This document shows, piece after piece, positions 51,511-64,000 of a stretch of 64,000 bases of DNA. The notes beneath the pieces are model-generated. The model had not been told where the DNA came from and ran no database searches. It saw only the letters and a list, made by a program, of their open reading frames with translations. The stretch is from Eledone cirrhosa (Eukaryota), in the NCBI GenBank assembly GCA_964016885.1, contig OZ024741.1:191208001-191272000 (forward strand), written 5' to 3'. The translations under genes and the position numbers were made by a program. Positions within the stretch are counted from its first letter, which is position 1. Each line of letters opens with the position of its first letter.

Positions 51511-51512
<2 letters not shown>
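49498..51512 (+). mobile_element. Penelope-like element 3' part: linker, GIY-YIG endonuclease and long 3' region
   Basis: IIWFNPP, CNC..CPL..C, MVYQC..AYIGLT..FKIRYYQH, CNLCSEE, LLNK..EL..CKH. The extent of the 3' region is inferred from the next (TA)n. Confidence 0.8.
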
Positions 51513-51575
<63 letters not shown>

Positions 51576-52005
51576 AATATATATATATATAAATATAAAT
51601 ATATATATATCAACTCTTATTAATGGTCAGTCCACTTCTACGAAATGTAATGTAAAAACACTATTTTCTTCTTGTCTCCCCACCCTTCGGTTCATCCATC
51701 CATATATCTGTATAATCGCCCAGAATCCAATCCTACCTTCTCAATGCTATTCTATAATTCTATCTGGCTGTTCTAAATAATCTTCTGTATTTTAAAATCC
51801 CAGTATATTGCTTGTTACTGTTTATTGCTTTATTTAAAACCTTCTCCTCGCTAACTCCTCCCGCTCTCCCCCACTCTCCACCATTATTATTTGGACCAAT
51901 CATAAGTCAGCAGCCTATGCTATCACTTCTCCTGGTTGTTTTTCGATATGATGGATGGACTAAGGAATTTCTGGAGAGTCTGAAGAATCTGGACACTCGG
52001 AGACA

Positions 52006-55000
52006 ATGCCAAAGATAACGACAAATTCACCTCATGCTGCCGGACGAAAAGGCAAGGACTCCTCCTCTTTGTTTCGGCCGCGGATGGCCAACATAACCCC
52101 AACCCCATCCCCCTCACCCCACCCACCAAACGCAATCCAAAACTTCAGAGTTGGTACCATGAATGTAGGCACCTTAAAAGGCCGCTCTAACGAGGTTGTA
52201 GAAATGCTTGAACGTAAGGAGGTTGATGTTTGCTGTATCCAAGAGACCAGGTGGAGGGGCGGGTCTGTTAGATTCGTTGTGGGTAAAAAACGATACTATA
52301 ATCTTTTCTGGGTGGGAAATGACAATGGGCTGGGTGGGGTAGGAATCATGTTAGAAGAAAAATGGGTGGATAAGATAATAGACGTAAATAGAGTGAATGA
52401 CAGAATAATTAAAATAAGACTTGTTCTAAATAGAACTACTGTGACAGTAATATCTGTGTACGCACCCCAATCCGGACTGCCTGACACTATAAAAGACAGC
52501 TATGAGACACTGATGCTAACTACCTCCCAAATAACCGACAGTGACTATATAATTATTGCTGGTGACCTAAATGGTCACGTTGGACAACATTGTGACGGCT
52601 ATGACGGAATCCATGGAGGCTATGGATTGTACTAGAAATGAGGAAGGCTCCAGAATCCTGGAATTCTGTGACGCAAATAACCTAACTATCTGTAACACTA
52701 ACTTCAAAAAACGAGACACTCACTTGATCACCTACAGATCAGGGGAACATACCAGCCAGGTAGATTATATCCTTACAAGAAGACGTGACAGAGTGTCTGT
52801 TGTAAACACTAAATCCCTGAAGAATGCACCTCCCAACATAGACTCATAATTAGCGACCTCATAGTCAGGACGAGACGTACTCGACAACAGAAGAGGACTA
52901 TCCTCAGGAGAAAAATATGGAAGCTAAAGGACCCCACAGCCAGTAATAAATTTAAAAGCATATTACTTGATGCTTTCGACAGTAAGGAAGCGCAATTAGA
53001 GTCGTACAATATAGAGGAACAGTGGGAATTCCTGAAAGCAAACCTGCTGATGGCGGCAGATGAAGTCTGTGGCTGGAGCAGGCCTATAGGCAGGAGGAGA
53101 GTAACGTGGTGGTGGAACAGTAAGGTGGAGGAGTCAATTACGGCCAAAAAGCAGGCTTGGAAAGTATGGCGGGATGGGGGAAGTAGAGAAGACTATCAAG
53201 TGGCCAGGAGGGAAGCTAGGAGACAAGTGTACTTCGCAAGAAGGGAAGCAGAGGAAAGAAAATTCAAGCATGTTCTACAACGCGAGGACCAAAAACGTGA
53301 GGTGTTCAGGATTGCTAGGCAATGTGTCAAGGAAAACCGTGATATTGTTGGGGAGAAGTGTGTCCTTATCACTGATGCTGATAAGAAGGTAGCTTGGAAG
53401 TGTCACTATGAAAGGCTACTAAATGAGGAAAATAAATGGGAGAAAGACAGTCTCCCCCACATTGATCCAATAGAGGGACCAGCAGTGTTAATCGAAGGTA
53501 GTATAAGTAAGGCAATCAAAGATATGAAGACGGGTAAGGCGGCTGGGCCTTCGGAAATAGTTGCTGAAATGCTGAAAGCTTCTGGAATGGTGGGACACAT
53601 CATGGTCACCCGGATAGTAAACCAAGTCATACAGAATGGGGTTGTTCGAAGGACTGGCATAGCAGCATCATCATTAACTGCTACAAGGGTAAAGGAGATG
53701 CCCTAGATAGGGGTAACTATAGAGGCATTAAATTAATTGACCAGGTCATGAAGGTCACAGAAAAAGTAATAGCGCAACTGATCAGAGAGCAAATTGATCT
53801 AGATGAAAGGCAGTTCGGGTTTGTGTCAGGTAAAAGTACCACAGACGCTCTTTTCATTGTACTACAGGAGAAGTACCTAGCTAAAAGTAAACCCCTATAC
53901 TTAGATTTTGTCGACTTGTAGAAAGCCTTTGACAGAGTCCCCTATTCCATTATCTGGTGGGCTCTTAGAAAACTAGGTGTTGATGAATGGCTTGTGAGAG
54001 CTATACAAGCCATGTATAAAGAAACAATCAGCAAGGTTAGAATTAACAACGAATATAGTGATGAGTTTAGCGTAAAAGTTGGTGTTCATCAGGGCTCCGT
54101 TCTTAGCCCCCTACTATTTATTATTGCCCTTCAGGCTATAACAGAGGAGTTCAAGACCGGCTGCCCATGGGAACTCCTATACACAGATGATCTAACGCTC
54201 ATAGCTGAATCAATGGCTGAACTAGAGAAGAAATTCCAAACATGGAAGCATGGCCTAGAATCAAAAGGCCTTAAAATTAACCTGTCTAAGACTAAAGTTC
54301 TAGTTTGTAGGAAGGAAAATAGGGCACCGGTCCCATCCGGGAAATGGCCATGCACAGTGTGTAGGAAAGGAGTAGGTAGAAACTTCGTTTTATGTCCCAA
54401 ATGCAAAGTATGGGTGCATAAAAGATGTAGTGGGATCACAGGTAAGCTAACTAAGAACATAGATTTTATATGTGGCCGGTGCTCTGGTGCAATAAGTAGC
54501 AGCAAGTGCCCAGAGAATACTAGCTCATTCCATTGCACAGATGGCTCTATAGAAATAGTGGACACCATCCGTTACTTGGGTGACAAAATCAGCAGTGGGG
54601 GAGGGTGCTCTGAAAGTACAGTAGCTAGAGTCAGAACTGGATGGAAAAAGTTCAGAGAGCTTATACCACTATTAGCCGCTAAAGGGTTCTCTCTAAAAAT
54701 GAAAGGCTGGCTGTATGATGCCTGCATACGAACAGCAATGTTACATGGCAGTGAGACCTGGGCATTGTGTGCAGAGGATATATGCAGGCTGGAGAGGAAC
54801 GAAGCTTTCATGCTCCGCTGGATGTGTAATAGTAATATACATGAACGGCAAAGCATAAACGAACTAAGGGAAAAATTAGAAATAAGAGGGATCAGATGTT
54901 GTTTACTCGAGAGAAGACTACGTTGGTATGGTCACGTGATGCGCATGAAAGACGACAGCTGTATAAAAAAGTGCAGGGCAATAAAAATAGACGGTAGCCA

Positions 55001-55491
55001 CGGAGTAGGCAGACCCAGAAAAACCTGGGACGACTTGATAAATTCAGACCTCTCCAAGACAATGTCACTGGACCAAGATCTTTGGCGCTACACAGTAATA
55101 CAGAAGACCCGCCTTACCTAAGTACAAAGTGAAACCTACTGCAGTCAGTAGGCACCTCTAACAAAAATACACCCCCGTCCCACTACCCCCACCCCATCCA
55201 CACCACTCCTTTCAATGTAAAGTTATGTTGGTACCACAACATCCAGTCCAAAACAAATGAGGTCGTGTAGGTGACACGACGAAAAAACACACAGTCCACG
55301 CTGTAATGTGGCCGTGTAGGCAACACGGTAAAAACCTCCCAGTCCACACTGTAAATGTTGTTGGTGTTAGGAAGGGCATCCAGCTGTAGAAAACCCGCCA
55401 GACAGTCCCATGCAAGCAGGACAACCACTCTTGCCTCAAGTGGGAAAACTCTCGTCCATACCCATGCAAGCGTGGAAGATGGACGTTAAAC
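52006..55491 (+). mobile_element. Near full-length RTE LINE (AP endonuclease, RT, PHD-like region), frameshifted
   Basis: GTMNVGTL, CIQETRW, SVYAPQ, AGDLNGHVG, QVDYIL, GVHQGSVLSP, LYTDD, GRPRKTW; 3' UTR then (GAT)n. Confidence 0.95.
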
Positions 55492-55635
55492 GATGATGAT
55501 GATGATGATGATGATATATATATATATATATATGTATATAAAAGGTAAACAGAAATAACAACACAATTGGTACAGTATATGGGAGGGATATATTAGGTTA
55601 ATGCTTGATATAGCAGGAAGAGGGTCGTGGGCTGT

Positions 55636-55965
55636 TAAAAGACAGACCTATACTTACATGTAACTGCAGGCCGTATGGAGCTACCACAATGTACTGTATA
55701 ACAGGGACACTAAAAGACAGACCCAGCCTTAGATGTAACTGTGGACCATATTGTATGACAGCTACCACAATATACTGTATATCTGGGACGTTAAAAGAAA
55801 GACCCATCTTTAGTTGTAACAGCTGCCATATGGAAAAGGGCTACTACAATATACTGTATATCAGGGACGTTAAAAGACGGGTCCACCTTTTTATAAGCAG
55901 CAACTGTGAGCAGTATGGAGTGAGAGACAGACCCAACATTATATTAGATGTAATTATGGGCCATA
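55636..55965. repeat. Diverged ~75-81-bp tandem repeat, about 4 units
   Basis: taaaagacagacc...gtaac...gctaccacaat.tactgtata..gggac starting near 55636, 55711, 55792 and 55871. Confidence 0.85.
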
Positions 55966-56929
55966 TGTAGGGACAGAAAGCAAGCCCCACAGAAAGCAAG
56001 CCCCAGAAGATGACGAGGGTGGAGTCTAGAGTGGAGGTGGGCTACAGGGGATTCCCGGCTTACTCAGTATGGAGAATGCTCACTGCCATTGGAATGACAG
56101 GAAGAGACGACAAATGGCCTGATTAAAGCTGTGCCTGGCCGATGACAAATTGTCATCCATTTGTTCAACACTGGCATTGAGGGCCGTTTGTTTACAAACA
56201 AATTGAATATTAATATTCGATATAACCCATATGTACATATGTATATGTATATGTATGTGTATATATATATATATATGTGTGTGTGTATGTGTGTATGTAT
56301 GCATACTTACACTTATGTATCAGCTGTGCTAGGGCAAGAAAAAAAATTCAAATTTTATTTTTATTTTTATTTTTAAAAGTAAAGTAATGTGTTCCTATTG
56401 CCATGCCACCACTCTACACTGTGGTCAGCAGGGCTGAGTCATATACAAAGTAGGAAATACTAGTTTTGACTAATTAGTGAGGTCACTGATAGATGATTTT
56501 ACTATGGTCATTCAAGTGGAAGAGTCATTTATGAAGTTGTATGAGAGGTCACTGAAAGACATAGCCAACATTACTGGTCAAATGATTCTAGTTTTTCTCT
56601 TTATGGGCTGCCAGAAAATTTCTAACTATCTTTAAATAGCTGGCAATTCTTTACACAGAACATTTAATTGTTGGTATTGCTGTTGTTGTTTAATACTCGA
56701 TCAGCCAGGTTCCAGCAGATCTATGATTAAAGATATTCCACTTATAACCATCTGTTGATTTAGTCAGAGTATATCTGAGACTGTATTATCGCATGTATAT
56801 TTCTTTTATGTTTAAATCACAAGGAACTATTTGAAGAAGAATTGGCTGCGATTTCTAGCAGATCGAGCACATACAGATTCAGTCAATAGCTTTCCCATGT
56901 AGTTGTACACATACCCAATAGATTATCTG

Positions 56930-57258
56930 ATGAACCTCTGTCAGCTTTGATGATTATTGTTCCAGCTGTTTATGAAATTAATGTGGAAGTGTCTGAACAT
57001 TCTACAGACACGTGTACCCATAAGATGATTCTCTAGGAGATTCTGCATTATATAGTGTGTCATTGGATTAACCCTTTGAATTACAGATATAGTCCATTTG
57101 ATGGGCTTCCAAACTGAGTCTGCCTACTCCATTTCACTCACAAGGGTGAAGTCAACACGGTACTCTAATAAATGACATTTGCTCAAGATGCCAAACAGTG
57201 AGATCAAACCTGAGACCTATTGATTGTGATGTGAACTCCTTAACCAATCGGCCATGCT
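56930..57258 (-). mobile_element. Old tRNA-derived SINE
   Basis: Reverse-complement similarity to 59196-59495; taacca..ggccat head. Confidence 0.6.
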
Positions 57259-59195
57259 GTAGTCACCCCAATAGATTATAGGGGCCATATCAAAGACTTC
57301 ATCGAGGAGCAAGTCAGCTTTGTGAAGTCTATCTTTGTTCAAAGTATACTTGAACAGGACTGGTGGGAGGGAAGGAAAGTGGGAGATATTTGCAAGCCAG
57401 AGATGAGACCTGTCCCAAATGTTGCTAAAGGGTTAATACATTCTATTTGTATTAGGAGCTATATTTATTGTTGTTGTTTAGCCCCAGGTCAGCCAAAAAT
57501 ATTCTGGTCATGACCATCACTTTATTTATTTACAGTGTATCTAAGACTACTTCATCTAATGAGTCCTTTCTTTTTAAAACAGTTGTATGTGATTTGGCAA
57601 AGTTGTTAGAAGGATATATAGAATGTTTTGCAGTATTTGTTCTAACTATCTACAATCTGAGTTCAAATCATGTGAAGTTCAACTTTGCCTTTAAATAAAA
57701 AAAAAGTTTTGGTCTAGTACTGAGGTAAATTCTTCCAATATATCGCTTTCTCATTCCCTCTCTTGCTTTTATTCTTCATTTCTCTGGAAGAAATTGGCTG
57801 TGTTCAGACCCAGAGAGGGATGGGCTCTGCCAAATTTAAAATGACCAAGACATGCTATATATCACTACAGCACCCCTACAACTCCTTTAGAAATTAAGAA
57901 CATGCATAATGCATGTGATTTGAAGTACACTCTTAGCAGGTTCTACAACACCGTAGAAGTTCTGTCATTCTCATGTGGAGTTTCCAAGAATGTGATATGT
58001 TGGTTCTACAGGGAGTTGAAGCCAAAAAACAAATTAGCCAATGAGGGAGCATCAATGTGTTTGCTTGACCCGTTAGAAATAGTATCCAAATCTCCTTCAA
58101 ATAACACTGTCTTTAAATAAATGGAAGAGCACATTAGATAAAGGAGTTGTAGACATTTAGCAGTTTGGTAATATGCATTTTTGTTGTAGCAGGAAAAGTA
58201 TGGTTTTGCTAGCAAGAAAATGTATTGTTTTGTGTAGCAGCAAAATGTTATTGTAACAGTAAATGTTAGCAGAAAGTGAATGTTTCTTGATATAGTTGTA
58301 AAGTCTCCGATAACATTTTTGCATGTTTTTATTTACAACTAAATTACAGAGTTGGATTAAGTTGGGCTGACATGTCAAACAATTAGTAACAAAAAAATTA
58401 AGAGTTAAGAAGTAAGAAAGGCATTGTGTCTGGCCGAATGAAGCCGACAGGCCTAAGTGAAAATCTCACTGTTACATAATAGTGTCTTTTCCTTTCAAAG
58501 TCCAAGCAAAAAAGAGAGAGTATATACGAAAGAAGCGGGAAAATCTTTGTTTGGGCAGAAGCTGGAATATATATTTGTGCGTGGCTTAGGCTTGGCCTAA
58601 CTTAGCCAAATCATGCGTGAATAGCTAATAAATACGCCAAAGGCAAGTAGCATCGCTACAGACACCTATAATATAATGTAATTATATTCTAGGTGACTAA
58701 GACTATTTTATCTAATGTGTCCTGAGTAGAATAACTTTGATCATATGATCATATCTGTTGAAAAAGTTATGAAATGAGGGATAAACAGCAACCAAGACAC
58801 TGGGAAGTAGGTAATATGAGATGATTCTGATGGAAATTGAACCCTATTCCCCACATTGCAACACCTGCTGAAATGAGGGAAACAGAACTCCTTATAGTAA
58901 CATCACAATGACAAGTTTAGTACTTACTTCCTCTTCCTTCTACTACTTCTCCTCCTCCACCTCCTCTTTCTCCTTTTCCTCTACCTTCTCATCTTCCTCT
59001 TCTTATCCCTCCTCCTCCTCCTCCTCCTCCTCCTCCTCCTCCTCCTCCTCCTCACAGTTACTGAGACCAATAGTTTAATGTTTCATGTCTATGGGTGGTT
59101 GATCATTAGTGACTACTCATTACTGCCATTCTGACTAATTAACTAATTAGGGTCTCTATGGATCAAGCTTTTATTTTAGTCATCATCTGGGAAAG

Positions 59196-59495
59196 CCACG
59201 TGGCTTAGTGGTTAGGGTGTTCAGCTCACAATCATTAGGTCGAGTTCGTTTTCCAGTTGGCACGTTGTGTTCTTAAGTAAGACACTTTATTTCACATTCT
59301 TCCAGTCCACTCAGGGAGCAAAAAGGAGTTTTACTTGTAATTCAAAGACCTAACTTTATCACATACTGAATTTTCCTGAAAACTACATTAAGGGTGCATA
59401 TGTCTGTGGAATGTTCATTCCCCTGTATGAGCAAACAATTCCCATTGTTCAAACAACTGAAGCACTCCTCGGGACCAACAGAGGTCCAACGCAGT
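59196..59495 (+). mobile_element. Old tRNA-derived CORE-like SINE
   Basis: cgtggcttagtggttagggtg A box, gagttcg B box, gtgttcttaagtaagacactttatttcac core. Confidence 0.75.
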
Positions 59496-59504
59496 CATCT
59501 TTGT

Positions 59505-59591
59505 TACCATCATCATCATCATCATCAACAGCCCCACCACCACTCTCAACCTCCTCACCCTCACCCCCATATCCACCATCACCGCTATTAT

Positions 59592-59635
<44 letters not shown>

Positions 59636-60045
59636 CCATTGCTACCATTATCCTCATCATCCTCATCACCATCATCATTGTATTCATTACTCATCATCAT
59701 CATCATCATCATCACCACTTCCACCACAGTTCTCCTCTACCTGACCATGATCACATTACAACTGTCGTCACTGTGACCACCACCACCATCCTCACTCTCA
59801 CCACCACCACCACCACCATCACCACCACCATCACCATCACCATCACCATCACCACGTTCTTCTCTTCCTCACCATTACCACCATGACAAATCATGATCAC
59901 CATCCTAATCATCATCAACCACACCACCATCACCACATTTCCTGTTCATCACCATCACAACCCTCATCGTTATGATTCCCAAAACACCACCACCGTCACT
60001 ATCATCACACTCGTCGTCATCATCATCATCATCAACATCATTATT
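59505..60045. repeat. (CAT/CAC)n low-complexity tract
   Basis: Directly visible trinucleotide mosaic. Confidence 0.9.
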
Positions 60046-60549
60046 GTTTGAAGGCTTGACTTAATTTAGATAATTGACCAATGCTGGTCAAAACTATTTT
60101 CTCACAAGGAAATTTATTTGCCTTCACCTCCCTCCCTAGCTTCCTTGCCACAGAAATGATATTTTGTTACACTTTTGTATTGTGAAATAGAAGTGAAGGT
60201 GGATGAAGTGAAGTGGATGGACGAAATCTTGAGTTAGGTCTTTAGAGACACATCGCAGTTTAGCATTTATGTCTGACCACTTAAGAAGTGGTGGGGAAGG
60301 ACTTGACATACAGATCAACTGTTTGTCCAGATCCCCCACCAAATTTATTATCTCAAGGGTCTTTGGTAATGATACTAACCTGATGACCTCATTTCTTGTT
60401 TATTCCCTCAGTAGGTCTGCAATTACTTCTTTTATTTAGTATTTTTTATGTGAGATTGTGTGTGTAGGGGAGAGAGAGAGAGAGAGATAGAGACAGAGAG
60501 ATAGACATGGCTTGAGGAAGAGAGACATACACACAGAAACACACAGATA

Positions 60550-60792
60550 TAGTTGTTTAATCAATGAAACAGACTTGCTCATGAAATTAACATGCAAGTA
60601 GCTACGAATTTCACATACACTTGTACCCTTAACATAATTCTCAGGAAAACAGCTTCTTTCTACTCAATTTCACTCACATGACATGGGTCAATCTGAGGAG
60701 GTGGTAAATGATATTTGCCCAAGATGTCACACAATGGGATCAAACCCAGGACCTAATGATTGCAAAGCAAGTTTCTTTATAAGTCAGCCATA
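60550..60792 (-). mobile_element. Old tRNA-derived SINE
   Basis: Collinear with 56930-57258 (atgaaattaa..tg, gtaccc.taa, tttcactcaca, gatcaaacc). Confidence 0.6.
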
Positions 60793-60984
60793 TTAGACCC
60801 AGAGTATATACATGTATATAAGAAAGTAAGGGTTTTTTAAATTTCCCACACAGGTAAAAATATTTATTTACTAAATAAATAAATATTCTTAAAAGACTCC
60901 AGTTGCATTTTCAATGTCTTTTCCTTATCAAGATGTTGTTGGAGATAAATGTGTCTGGCATGATGCCGGTGTACTTAGTGTCAT

Positions 60985-62730
60985 GAATGATGAGAAAAGG
61001 AGGCCTGGAAATGTCATTATGAAAGACTGATGAATGTGGAGAACAAATGGGAGAGAGAGAAATTACCCCCGACCTGACAAAGGGACCAGCTATTGAGATT
61101 AATGAATATAGGGTCCAAGAGGCAATTAAGGAAATGAAAAATGGTAAGGCCGCTGGATCGTCGGTGATAGTTGCTGAGATGCTGAAGGCATCAGGAAAAG
61201 TAGGAACTAAACTGGTTGCACGCATCATCAATCAGGCTATATATGGTGGTGTCATACCCAAAGACTGGTGCAGCAGTATTCTCATAAATTGCTACAAAGG
61301 TAAAGGGGATGCTTTGGAGAGGAGCAATTATAGGGGCATAATGCTGATGGATCAGGTTATGAAAGTGGCAGAGAGAATATTAGTGCAACTGATTAGAGAA
61401 AGAGTCAAATTAGATGAGATGCAGTTTGGTTTTGTGCCTGGGAAAAGTACAACAGATGCCTTCTTCTTGGTGAGACAAGAATAAGCCACTATACTTAGCT
61501 TTTGTTGAACTAGAGAAGGCCTTTGATAGGGTACCCGGATCTGTCATCTGGTGGTCCCTAAGGAAACTAGGTGTAGAGGAATGGCTTGTGAGGACAGGCA
61601 AGCTATGTACAGAAGTGCTGTCAGTAAAGTGAAAGTAAGAATGGAGTTTAGTGAGGAATTCCAGATACAAGTAGGTGTACATCAGGGCTCGGTCCTCAGC
61701 CCGCTCTTGTTCATTATAGTCCTCAAGCCATAACAGAGGAGTTTAAGACTGGCTGCCCATGGGAACTTCTCTATACTGATGATCTGGTTCTTATAGCAGA
61801 ATCAGTAGAGGAGCTAGAGAATAAATTCTGGCTATGGAAGCAGCAGTTGGAATCAAGAGGACTGAGAGTGAACCTAGCTAAGACAAAAGTGTTGATGAGT
61901 AGAAAAGAGGACAAAACACTGATTCCATCAGGGAAATGGCCATGTTCGATATGTAGAAAAGGAACTGGCATAAATTCTATAAAATGTATGCAATGCAGAT
62001 CTTGGGTACACAAGAGATGTAGTGGGATAGCAGGCAAACTAACAGGTAGGGAAAACTACGTATGCAGTAGATGTACAGGGAAAGTTGACAGTAGTGATCG
62101 CAGTGATAGACACATCTTTCAAATGCAGGTGGTCGATAGCTTCCGGTACCTAGGTGATCAGATTAGCATGGGAGGGGGGTATTCCGAGGCCATAGTATCT
62201 AGAATAAGGACAGTTTGGAAGAAGTTTAGGGAGTTGCTTCCTCTGTTGACAAAGAAGGGTTTCTCCCTGCGAACGAAAGGCCAGTTATATGTGTGAGATG
62301 CGTGATGCTGCATGGTAGTGAGACATGGGTAGCAACTACAGAGGATATGTGATGGCTGGAGGGAAATGAAGCAAGCATGCTCTGTTGGATGTGCAATGTC
62401 AATGTGCGTGAATGACCAAGCATAGATGAGTTGAGAGAGAAACTGTGTATAAGAGGGATAAGTTGTGGTGTGCAGGAGAGAAGACTGAGATGGTATGGAC
62501 ATGTGATGCGCATGGAGAATGACCGTTGGGTAAAGAAGTGCCAAGAAATCCCAGTAGAAGGAAGACACAGTGGAGGAAGACCATGAAAAACATGGGCGGA
62601 GGTGATGAGAGCAGACCTCAGATCACTGAAGCTCACAGAGGAGATGACGAAGGACTGTGACAAGTGGAGAGATGCTGTGCTGAATAGGACCTGTCCCACC
62701 CTTGCAATCAGGGAAAAGCAGATGTAAAAT
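60985..62730 (+). mobile_element. RTE LINE, 5'-truncated and disrupted, same subfamily as 41385
   Basis: NYRGI, QFGFVPGKSTTDA, GVHQGSVLSP, YTDD, WVHKRC; (GAT)n tail. Confidence 0.92.
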
Positions 62731-62741
62731 GATGATGATGA

Positions 62742-62775
<34 letters not shown>

Positions 62776-62780
<5 letters not shown>

Positions 62781-63085
62781 TTGCAAGGTTTTTGATATGA
62801 AATCGTGTGTCAAAACAAATATTGTTATACTTGGGGAGGGTCATATTATTGTAATATTGCCAGAAATAATAATAGAACACACTCACTGTTTGGTTTGGGT
62901 TGGTTTTCGCTTCTGTATCTTTTATATCTCCATAGTTAATTTATTTGGCAATCAATGTTTATCATTGATTGACCAGCAGTTAAAAATACAGATATAAATA
63001 TATATATTTAGTCTATCAAAGTTCTTTCGTCGCACATCTGTGACATCATCAGTGGTACTATTATGTTTCCTCCCATTGTATTGTC
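62776..63085 (-). mobile_element. Non-autonomous Penelope terminus with a hammerhead at 63014-63057
   Basis: Reverse complement of 16030-16316; tacca-CTGATGA-t-gtcaca(gatg)tgcgac-GAAA-gaac-TT-tgata. Confidence 0.78.
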
Positions 63086-63475
63086 TATGCCATTATTATT
63101 ACTTGAAAAATATAATCAGGGTAGAGAGGGAAGTGCTCTCTTCCCAGCATTTTGTTGAAAGATGGGTGAGAGAAGCAAGAATGGCCTGAGTGAATGGGCC
63201 TACTCTGAGTATGTGTCTGTAAATTAAAGGTGGAAAACTGGGAGAGGGCACTTGCCCTGGTGGTCAGGGTCACTGTGGCCTTTTAATGGGCTTTCTCCAC
63301 AAATGTCCCTCGGAAGTCTCCCGCCTATTGGGGAATTTTTCATTGTTATTTTTTTGTTACATCCTCTGTTTTTGTTTTTTACACGCAGAAATGCCCATTT
63401 GTACCGTCCTGTAATGTCCTGTACTGTCCTTAATGTATACTTTATGTAAACCCTTGTGGTTAATAAAGAAATCAT
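63086..63475 (+). mobile_element. Probable Tx1-type LINE 3' end
   Basis: Reads IRVEREVLSSQHFVERWV, then a T-rich UTR, aataaa and (ATT)n. Confidence 0.5.
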
Positions 63476-63479
63476 TATT

Positions 63480-63532
<53 letters not shown>

Positions 63533-63533
<1 letters not shown>

Positions 63534-64000
63534 GGCGACTTACGTAGGAAAACGTTTTTATCGTGAGCTCCTAAAGGTTTGTTGTTTTCAGTTGTTTTGA
63601 ATTGCCAATTATGGAAAATGTTTGTTGTTAATTGTTCATAGATATTGATTTCTGAAAAGGTGACTCAATAATATTGGCACCTTGAACCCAAAATTTAAAC
63701 TTTATTTAAAAAAACAACAAAAATGACACGGACGGTATACGCCTCCCCCAAATCAAGCCAGCTGTCACGTGACAGCGGCTCTAAACATACACACTACTCC
63801 CACCACTACCACTGTGAACGTTGCTACAATTGCCAAAACCAATAACGTTTTCGCTAACAGCAACAGCAGCAATAGCAGTCGCCAAAGTTTGCCACGTGCA
63901 GACGTAGACTTCCCGCCTTTGCCAATGTCTACAGGTGTTAGAGCCGCCATCTCCACCGCCACAATGTCAAAGAGTACATCCAACACCACTCATATCACCA
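63533..64000 (+). mobile_element. Possible 5' end (ORF1 start) of another LINE, running off the window
   Basis: Starts right after (ATT)n like the 29155 element; open Thr/Ser-rich frame with DFPPLP. Confidence 0.35.

Noticed and set aside
57800-58410. Possible coding remnant on the minus strand
   Set aside because: Short stop-interrupted frames with no motif I can recognise.
59394-59936. His-rich, Ser/Pro-rich and Asp/Gly-rich ORFs
   Set aside because: All frames are open because of (CAT/CAC)n low complexity, and they start inside a SINE.
61775-61790. CTGATGA/CTGACGA matches inside RTE RT (also 41693)
   Set aside because: These are the codons of the Y(A/T)DD motif, with no hammerhead stems.

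Overview
Eukaryotic, AT-rich, microsatellite-dense DNA. By inference from the repeat landscape (RTE LINEs with CAT/GAT tails, Meta-domain and CORE-like tRNA SINEs, Penelope, R4/Dong and Tx1 elements) it is probably a mollusc, most likely an octopod cephalopod. I can support only one host exon: a 133-bp PLAT/LH2-domain exon at 13594-13726 (+), LOXHD1-like, so most of the window is probably intron. The rest is decayed mobile DNA: about 10 RTE copies (one near full length), 3 Penelope-like GIY-YIG elements, a tandem R4/Dong array in (TAA)n, Tx1/L1-type LINEs, two DD37D (maT) Tc1/mariner elements, a hAT MITE and many SINEs. The most notable hidden layer is about 13 type I hammerhead-ribozyme motifs from several unrelated sequence families. 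They lie in Penelope-type termini next to (TA)n and often in outward-facing inverted pairs, including a nested double palindrome at 17.1-23.5 kb. All folds and alignments were done by eye, and repeat boundaries are approximate.
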